Positions 57,548 through 64,000 of a stretch of 64,000 nucleotides of DNA are shown here, piece after piece (position 1 is the first letter of the stretch; each line of letters starts with the position of its first letter). The stretch comes from Acidimicrobiia bacterium. GTDB taxonomy: Bacteria > Actinomycetota > Acidimicrobiia > Spongiisociales > Spongiisociaceae. The notes under the pieces were generated by a model. That model did no database searches and was not told where the DNA came from. It worked only from the letters and a program-made list of their open reading frames with translations. The translations under genes were made by a program, and so were the position numbers. The DNA lies in NCBI GenBank assembly GCA_041576165.1, contig JBFGLM010000007.1, positions 61,992 to 125,991 on the forward strand, given 5' to 3'.

Positions 57548-58603
57548 ATGGATTTCATGCCCGGCGTCGCAGCCCGCTCGGTCGAAACTGCTCGTACCCG
57601 GACCCATTTCATCGAGACGGGTCCCGCGGACGGTACACCCGTGGTCATGATCCACGGCAACCTCTCCACAGGTCGGTTCTTCGAGCACATAATGACAGAG
57701 GGCCCTGACGGCTGGCGCATCATCGCGCCGGACATGCGCGGGTTTGGCGATTCTGAACCGAAGCCGATCGATGCCACCAGGGGCCTCAAGGATTGGGCCG
57801 ACGACATTGCCGCGCTCGTCGATCATCTCGGTATCGACCAGCCCGTTCATCTGGCCGGATGGTCGACCGGTGGCGCTGCGATCGCCGAGTACGCCATCGC
57901 CCGTCCGGACCGAGTCGCGTCCCTCACGTTCGTCGCGCCGGTCTCACCCTTCGGGTTCGGGGCCACTAAAGACGCCGCCGGCACTCCCACCTTCGATGAC
58001 TTTGCCGGTTCGGGCGGGGGAGCCGGCAATCCCGACTTCGCCCAACGGCTGGCCGACGGGGACACCTCGACGGACACCGATGTCTCGCCCCGGTCGGTCA
58101 TGCGGACCTCGTACTGGTCGCCGTCCTTTCAGATGGACTCGGCGCGGGAGGACATTCTCGTCGCAGAGGTGCTGAAGTCCGAGACCGGTGACGATGGGTA
58201 CCCGGGCGATGCGACGGCAAGCGACAACTGGCCCGGGTTCGCACCCGGCACTCGCGGCATCCTCAACGCGCTATCGGGCAAGTACTGCAACTGGTCGTCG
58301 ATCGTCGCAATTGACCCGAAGCCGCCGATCCTGTGGACGCACGGGACCGATGACATCGTCATTTCGAACGCGTCGCCCTGGGAAATGGGCACCCTCGGCC
58401 AGCTCGGCATCATCCCCGGCTGGCCGGGGCCCGATGTGTATCCGCCACAACCCCAGGTCGACCAGATCCGCCACGTGCTTGCCGAGTACTCGGCCGCAGG
58501 CGGATCGGTGCAGAGCGAGACATTCGACGGCTCGGGTCATGGTCCCCACATCGATGCGGCCGACCGGTGGCGGGAGGTCTTCTTCGGATTCGTCGAGAAA
58601 TGA
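57548..58603 (+). CDS. Alpha/beta hydrolase
   Basis: HGNLS, PDMRGFGDS, nucleophile GWSTGG, C-terminal SGHGPH; GAGGAG RBS. Confidence 0.92.
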   Translation: MDFMPGVAARSVETARTRTHFIETGPADGTPVVMIHGNLSTGRFFEHIMTEGPDGWRIIAPDMRGFGDSEPKPIDATRGLKDWADDIAALVDHLGIDQPVHLAGWSTGGAAIAEYAIARPDRVASLTFVAPVSPFGFGATKDAAGTPTFDDFAGSGGGAGNPDFAQRLADGDTSTDTDVSPRSVMRTSYWSPSFQMDSAREDILVAEVLKSETGDDGYPGDATASDNWPGFAPGTRGILNALSGKYCNWSSIVAIDPKPPILWTHGTDDIVISNASPWEMGTLGQLGIIPGWPGPDVYPPQPQVDQIRHVLAEYSAAGGSVQSETFDGSGHGPHIDAADRWREVFFGFVEK

Positions 58604-58687
58604 GCGTACGCTGGCTTCCTGCGACCGTGGTGCCCCGGCGATTCTCCCGGCGGGTAGGTTGAACCAGCCCGTGGAAGGGGGAGGGCT

Positions 58688-59086
58688 TTGATCGATCCGG
58701 TTACCGCGGAGGAACTCCGGTCCGTCCCGGCATTCTCGCCGCTGGCCGACGCGGACCTCAACGCGCTCGCCCACCGCTGCATCAAGGTCCACGTGAATGA
58801 AGGTGCCATCCTGATCCATCGCGGTGAGTCGGGGTTCAAGCTGTTCGTAGTGCTGCACGGGCAGGCGGACGTTGTGGTTGACGGCACCGTTGTTGCCGCT
58901 GTTGGCGAAGGTGAGTTGCTCGGGGAGATGGCACTGCTGAGCGGTGAGGTCAGAAATGCCGACGTCATTGCGGCCTCGCCGATGCTGCTGGCGGCGGTGA
59001 TGGTCTGGGACTTCCAGGATTTGCAGCGGCAGCATCCCGCGGTGATCAGCCGCGTGGCCGAGGTGGCCGAACAGCGTCGCAACTGA
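58688..59086 (+). CDS. Stand-alone cyclic-nucleotide-binding domain protein
   Basis: LFVVLHG, GELLGEMALL, RNADV phosphate-binding cassette. Confidence 0.9.
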   Translation: MIDPVTAEELRSVPAFSPLADADLNALAHRCIKVHVNEGAILIHRGESGFKLFVVLHGQADVVVDGTVVAAVGEGELLGEMALLSGEVRNADVIAASPMLLAAVMVWDFQDLQRQHPAVISRVAEVAEQRRN

Positions 59087-59103
59087 CCGGGCCGGCGCTC
59101 CCT

Positions 59104-61794
59104 TCAGGCGGTGGCCGCCCGTCCGGCCAGCATGGAATCGAGCATACGTTCCACTCCGGCGGCCGGGCGGGGGATGGCGAGATGGAATCCCTGTGCCAGG
59201 TCGCAGTCCATCGCAATCAGATCAAGCACCTGATCCTGGCGTTCGACGCCCTCTGCCACCGTCGAGATCCCCAGACCGCGGACAAGCTCGAGAATGCCGT
59301 TGGTCAGTGTTGCGTCGGTCCGGCTTCTGCCGAGCGGTGCCACGAACGACTTGTCGACCTTGACGATGTCGGCTTGGAATCGCTGCAAGTAGCCGAGAGC
59401 GGAATAGCCGGTGCCGAAATCGTCAATCGCCAGCTGGACGCCGAGGTTCTTGAGCTGTTCGAGTCGGGCGACCGCCGCCTCCGTATCGCCGATGAACACG
59501 CTCTCGGTTATCTCGATGACGATTCGGTCCGGGTCGACCTGGCCGGCCCGCAGCGAGGCAGCAATGTCATCGACCATCGACTCCTGCTGGAATTGACGAA
59601 CGGACAGGTTCACCCCCATCACGAAATCGCCGAGCTGCGGATACATCCGTGCCCAAGCGGACGCCTGTGCGACTGCTGTGTCCATTACCCAGCGGCCGAG
59701 CGGCACGATCTGGCCCGTTTCTTCGACGAGCGGGATGAATTCGCCCGGCAACACGACGCCCCGTCTCGGGTGATTCCAGCGCAATAGCGCTTCGAAGCCG
59801 CGGATGGTGCGGTCCGACAATCGGAAGACGGGCTGGTAGTAGACCTCGAATTCTTGTCGATCCAGCGCGTTGTGCAGGTCGGCCTTCATGTCGAACCTGG
59901 AGCGGGCGGCCACGTGCATCGACGGTTCAAAGACATGGGTGCGGTCTTTGCCCGCGTTCTTGGCGTTGAACATGGCGGTGTCGGCGTTGCGCAGCAGGTC
60001 TGCAGGCGTTGCGTCCGGGCCGGCGATCACCAAACCCATGCTCGCACCGATGTGGACCGGGCGGCCCTCGATCGCCACCGGCCGCCGCAGAGCCAGCTGC
60101 AACCGATCGACGATTCGATGCGCCGACTCCTCGTCGGACAATGCCTCGAGGAGGATGGCGAATTCGTCGCCGCCAAGCCGGGCGGCAGTGTCGGCGGCTC
60201 GGAGTGATTCAATGAGCCGGGCGGCCACCACCTGGAGCAGTTCATCCCCGACCAGATGGCCCAGGCTGTCGTTGATGGTCTTGAAATCGTCGAGGTCGAT
60301 GAAGACGACGCCCACGGATTTGCCCGAACGCTTGGCCCTTTGCAGCGCGGTACCCACTCGATCCCGGAACAATTCACGATTGGCGAGCCCGGTCAGCGAG
60401 TCGTGGGTGGCGAGATGGCGCAACTTCGCTTCGAAAGCGGCCCGTACGGTCACGTCTCGAATGGTGACAGCGATGCCACTCACGTCGGCATCGTCCTGCA
60501 GGTTGATGGCTACGATGTCGGCTCGCAGCGGCTCGTCTTTGCCGCTCAACAAACCCAGCTCGATCGTCATGGCCTCACCGGTTGGAGCTGCGCACACATC
60601 CGTCCAGAACCCGGCGAACATCTCGCGGTCGGGTGGTACTACCAGGTGGATCAGGTTGGTGCCGGCTAGATCCTTGGCCGGCAATCCAATCAGCGTCTTG
60701 GTGGCAGGACTCACGTACGAGAACCGACCGGTCATGTCCAGCACGGCAACGACCTCAGAGGCGCGTTGCACCAGTGACCGGAAGCGCCGCTCGCTTCGCG
60801 CCAGCGCGGTGCGGGCGGCGTCGAGCTGGACGACCAAACGTCCCACCTTCCAGAGGCCGAGTAGCGCCACGCTTCCCATTGCCATCCCGGCAATCAGAAT
60901 CGTCCGCCTGGCCGGCGTGCCATCGAGGAGCTGGATGATGACGAGCAGCGGATTTGCCAGTAACGCCGCTCCCGCAATCACTAGACGCGGCGCCAGACGC
61001 TGGCGGGCGTTCACGTTGGTAGCGAGTATGCGCATTGAGGGATGGAGAGCGGCGGCGGCGGCCAGGATTGGCGCCAGCATCCACAGGAAATCGGTCCAGC
61101 GGGCCGGACCAGCCCCGGCGTCGGTGAGAATCAGGGCGCCCTGGCCCACGACGGCAAAAACCGAAGCCGCCACCAGGTAGCGGGCCGCGGTGGAGAAGTT
61201 CCGGGTGCCGCCCACCACGCGATAGAAGGTCAGACCCACGGTCAGCATCAGCCCCGCCAGGATGATCGGAACCATTTCGTCGGGCTGCACGCCCGGAGCT
61301 CGGCGGGCTTGTATCAGGATGTACCACTGCCACAACATCATGGCGCCGCCGCCGGCGATCAGGGTGCCATCGAGCAGCGTGTCGCGCCGCGTAGTCGTGC
61401 GCCGCACATGCACAAATCCGGCAACCGACACGGCCAATGCGACGATGGCAGCCAGCTTGAATCCGTCCATCAGCATGAACGCCGAATCGCCTGCCGCACC
61501 GATCTCCACCAGCAACCACAGGGCGAGGTTCACGGTCACCAGGGCGGTGGTCAGGACCAGCGCTCGCCAGGGGAGGGGGTGAGTCGGTCGGTGCAGCCGG
61601 ACGCCGAGCGCCATGAAGGCGGTGGAGGCGAGATAGGCCAGGACCGAGAGCGCGGCGCGGTACGTACCGTCGGGGACGATCATCTGCAGGACAACAACGG
61701 CGACTCCGGCCGCCGCGTATCCGTGCGTGAACCTCCCGACCGCCAGTGAGTCGCGAATGCGGGTGCTTTGTTGTGGGCGCTTGTGCTGATGCAA
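59104..61794 (-). CDS. Membrane PAS-GGDEF-EAL diguanylate cyclase/phosphodiesterase
   Basis: About 10 TM helices, PAS, HDSLTGLANR, RAAD I-site plus GGDEF, EALLRW, DDFGTGYS; start uncertain (TTG 61794 or the ORF start at 61908). Confidence 0.93.
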   Translation of the reverse strand: MHQHKRPQQSTRIRDSLAVGRFTHGYAAAGVAVVVLQMIVPDGTYRAALSVLAYLASTAFMALGVRLHRPTHPLPWRALVLTTALVTVNLALWLLVEIGAAGDSAFMLMDGFKLAAIVALAVSVAGFVHVRRTTTRRDTLLDGTLIAGGGAMMLWQWYILIQARRAPGVQPDEMVPIILAGLMLTVGLTFYRVVGGTRNFSTAARYLVAASVFAVVGQGALILTDAGAGPARWTDFLWMLAPILAAAAALHPSMRILATNVNARQRLAPRLVIAGAALLANPLLVIIQLLDGTPARRTILIAGMAMGSVALLGLWKVGRLVVQLDAARTALARSERRFRSLVQRASEVVAVLDMTGRFSYVSPATKTLIGLPAKDLAGTNLIHLVVPPDREMFAGFWTDVCAAPTGEAMTIELGLLSGKDEPLRADIVAINLQDDADVSGIAVTIRDVTVRAAFEAKLRHLATHDSLTGLANRELFRDRVGTALQRAKRSGKSVGVVFIDLDDFKTINDSLGHLVGDELLQVVAARLIESLRAADTAARLGGDEFAILLEALSDEESAHRIVDRLQLALRRPVAIEGRPVHIGASMGLVIAGPDATPADLLRNADTAMFNAKNAGKDRTHVFEPSMHVAARSRFDMKADLHNALDRQEFEVYYQPVFRLSDRTIRGFEALLRWNHPRRGVVLPGEFIPLVEETGQIVPLGRWVMDTAVAQASAWARMYPQLGDFVMGVNLSVRQFQQESMVDDIAASLRAGQVDPDRIVIEITESVFIGDTEAAVARLEQLKNLGVQLAIDDFGTGYSALGYLQRFQADIVKVDKSFVAPLGRSRTDATLTNGILELVRGLGISTVAEGVERQDQVLDLIAMDCDLAQGFHLAIPRPAAGVERMLDSMLAGRAATA

Positions 61795-61973
61795 GGAGCG
61801 GCTTCCTTCAGACAGTGCTTCTCTGAGCACCCAAAGTGGCCGCCAGGGATCCTCAACGTAGCCAATCCGGCGGGGTAAGGAAAGGGGAAGCCCGACAAAT
61901 GTGTCCAACGCCCTATGCGCGCCTTGGACTCAAATCCGCGGGGCCTTCGATTCCTCGGTTGTGTCAGTGAGTC

Positions 61974-62008
61974 ACACAGCGGGGGGCAGAGGCGCCCCCA
62001 CTGCGTGT
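61974..62008. terminator. Hairpin just downstream of the subtilase stop
   Basis: ACACAGCGGGGG..CCCCCACTGCGTGT imperfect stem without a U-tract on the minus strand. Confidence 0.4.
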
Positions 62009-62024
62009 TTGTTCCCCGGAAGGG

Positions 62025-63698
62025 TCAGGACCAACTCCCGCCGGACCACGACCCTCCCGACCATGATCCCCCAGACCAGGAACCCCCTGACCAGGAACCT
62101 CCCGACCACGATCCGCCCGACCAGGAGCCGCCCGACCACTCGTCGCCCGACCACGAGTGCCCGGTCCAGGTCGGAGCGTTCCAGCTGACCGACTCCCACG
62201 TGTAATGGGTCCACGAGTAGCCGCTCCAATCCGCGCCCGCCCACACGTTGCTGTTCCAGGCGCCGCCTTGCCATGTCGCACCCATCTCCGCCAGGCGGGC
62301 CCAGGCGGACGGATTCAGCGGTGCTCCGAAGATGTCGTAGTTGCCCTTGAGGATGTGGTCGCCAAAGGCGACGTGTGCGCCGCCGCGGGTGCCGTCCAAC
62401 GGCCCGTCGCCTTCTGTACCGGCATGGGACTGGGTGTTGGATCCGGCAGGGGTCCAGCGAACGGCTGCCAGGTTGATCAATCCCGCACCGGCACACGGGG
62501 CACCGGCCTGCGGGAGATCGGTCGCTGTATGTATCAACAGAGCCTTCACTTGATCAGGCGTCAGATCTGGACGCTGATCGAGGATGAGCGCAGCTGCACC
62601 CGACACAACGGCGGTCGCCTGACTCGTGCCACTTCCCATGAAGAGGTTGGAGCCCACCCTGGCTCTTGGGTAGTGGACGTCGGCGAAGGATCCCGGGCTG
62701 CGATAGCTCACGATCGACCGGCCGGGCGCGACGACGTCGACATTGCGTTGATCGGTGCCGCAGCTGGAGAACGCTGCGACTGGGTCATGGTCGGTCTCGA
62801 GCAGGGAACCATCAACTGCACCAACCGCTATCACAGATGGGTTGTATGACGGGCTTCGAAGCGACACACCAGGTCCGTCGTTGCCTGCGGCCGCCACGAC
62901 CACGATGCCGGCCTCCCACGCCTGCTGGACAGCGTGGGCCAGCGCATCGGACTCATAGGCATTCGTCGACTGCGTTCCGTAACTGAGATTGAGTACCCGG
63001 ATGTTCAGGTCCCCATCGTTGCGATGCTGGACCACCCAGTCGATGGCTGCGATCACCTGCGTGACATCAACCGCCCCGTCATGCGCAGCAACCTTCAGGC
63101 TGACCAGCCGGGCGTCCGGGGCTATGCCCTTCGTGCCCACGGAGTTGCCGACCATGATGCCGGCGAGGTGGGTTCCGTGCCCGAAGGTGTCCATATAGCG
63201 CAGCGGATCGACCTGGGACTCGAACGAAAGATCGGGACCGTTGATGATCTGTTCCGGATCGCTCAGCCCGGGCACAGGCACCACACCCGAGTCGATGATG
63301 GCTATGTCGATTCCGTCGCCCCGGAATCCTGCCGCCCAGTACGCCCAGGCACCAATCTGAGCCTTCACGTTGGTCAGCGACCCCGGATAGGACGTCTCGG
63401 AGAAGACGACACTCGTGGCATCGTTCCAGCCCCCAACGACGTCGGGCGTGACCGAATCGAGCTCGGCCACGGCCGGATTTGCGTAGTCGGGCAGCTCGTC
63501 GGCGGTCTTCATCACGCCCGAGAGGCTGTCGGCCGTGGCCCAAGCGGCGTCAGACGTATTGCCGGTGGCGAGCGTGTCATCCTGTGCGCCGGCCCCCGCG
63601 ACGCCCAGCATGGAGAAGACCAGCAAGCTGCTGAGGAAAGCGATGCTCGCCGGCAAGAACGGGCGATGAGACTTCGGGCGGCGTGGCGTCACAAACAT
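62025..63698 (-). CDS. Secreted S8 subtilase with C-terminal Trp pentapeptide repeats
   Basis: Signal peptide; catalytic IIDSG, GHGTH and GSGTSQA; oxyanion AAGN; ATG 63698 after GAAGG. Confidence 0.92.
   Translation of the reverse strand: MFVTPRRPKSHRPFLPASIAFLSSLLVFSMLGVAGAGAQDDTLATGNTSDAAWATADSLSGVMKTADELPDYANPAVAELDSVTPDVVGGWNDATSVVFSETSYPGSLTNVKAQIGAWAYWAAGFRGDGIDIAIIDSGVVPVPGLSDPEQIINGPDLSFESQVDPLRYMDTFGHGTHLAGIMVGNSVGTKGIAPDARLVSLKVAAHDGAVDVTQVIAAIDWVVQHRNDGDLNIRVLNLSYGTQSTNAYESDALAHAVQQAWEAGIVVVAAAGNDGPGVSLRSPSYNPSVIAVGAVDGSLLETDHDPVAAFSSCGTDQRNVDVVAPGRSIVSYRSPGSFADVHYPRARVGSNLFMGSGTSQATAVVSGAAALILDQRPDLTPDQVKALLIHTATDLPQAGAPCAGAGLINLAAVRWTPAGSNTQSHAGTEGDGPLDGTRGGAHVAFGDHILKGNYDIFGAPLNPSAWARLAEMGATWQGGAWNSNVWAGADWSGYSWTHYTWESVSWNAPTWTGHSWSGDEWSGGSWSGGSWSGGSWSGGSWSGGSWSGGSWSGGSWS
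62028..62282 (-). repeat. 17 x 15-bp coding tandem repeat (xxxWx, last seven GGSWS)
   Basis: GATWQ GGAWN SNVWA GADWS GYSWT HYTWE SVSWN APTWT GHSWS GDEWS (GGSWS)x7, then stop. Confidence 0.95.
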
Positions 63699-64000
63699 GA
63701 CCTTCGGTTCGGCTGACGGAGACTGCTTCGGCACGTCGCTCGAAAACCCGCGAGCCAAAGTCTTCCTGCCCGTCAGGGCTAGTCACCTGGACCGGCCCCA
63801 GACCCTGGCACCGACGCAACGCAGGATCCGGAGGGGCCCCGCGAGGGCGTCGGGAGGAGGCTCGGCTGCCGGGTGGGAGAGGGAGCATATGTGAGCGCGG
63901 CCCGGCTCCACATCCGTCGGGCGCGGCTGCGCCGCAGGGCTAGCGGCTTCGGCGCCGTTCGCTGGTAATAGAGGTTCCCGGGCGAGTCCGGCGCGTCGAC

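Noticed and set aside
61795-61850. Glycine or c-di-GMP riboswitch upstream of the GGDEF-EAL gene
   Set aside because: Only fragmentary resemblance (CTCAGAG, CTGAAGGA); the conserved cores of these riboswitches were not found by eye.
62028-62282. 15-bp periodic repeat as a CRISPR array or non-coding VNTR
   Set aside because: No spacers; the variation among the GGSWS units is synonymous within the subtilase frame, so it is a coding peptide repeat.
1-64000. tRNA, rRNA, transposase, integrase or prophage genes
   Set aside because: No cloverleaf, rRNA-like sequence, or DDE/recombinase/phage motifs recognised by eye; a tRNAscan-SE/Rfam run would be needed to exclude small RNAs fully.

Overview
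High-GC (about 66% by eye) bacterial DNA, most consistent with an actinobacterium, probably Acidimicrobiia. That assignment is inferred from gene content, SLH-anchored proteins and many leaderless TANNNT-N6/7-ATG starts. Core genes: probable argH 3' end, rpsF-ssb-rpsR-rplI-dnaB-purK-purE, pyrE, nfo, uppS-like, pncA/pncB, putA, paaK, pepP and an FeS (6-4) photolyase. Accessory genes: an M-S-L molybdenum hydroxylase, an ECF sigma/anti-sigma pair, a haloalkane dehalogenase, a P450, many lipoproteins and signalling proteins. No rRNA, tRNA, CRISPR array or transposase was seen. The most notable observations are: (1) a secreted subtilase ending in 17 tandem xxxWx pentapeptides, upstream of a membrane PAS-GGDEF-EAL protein, a candidate protease/peptide-to-c-di-GMP module; (2) a 59-bp inverted repeat bracketing a single secreted dirigent-like gene; (3) two small leaderless ORFs missed by the ORF track, one ending CCGHHGEPGC-UGA followed by a SECIS-like hairpin; (4) a candidate sigma28-type sRNA; (5) a membrane protein with a duplicated PmoC/AmoC-like DxxxH..PxH motif; (6) a decaying segment at 8.9-11.8 kb with deletion scars; (7) an S18 with a rearranged Cys pattern, with candidate PafBC and LexA sites in the same gene cluster. 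All calls were made by eye; no database search was run.
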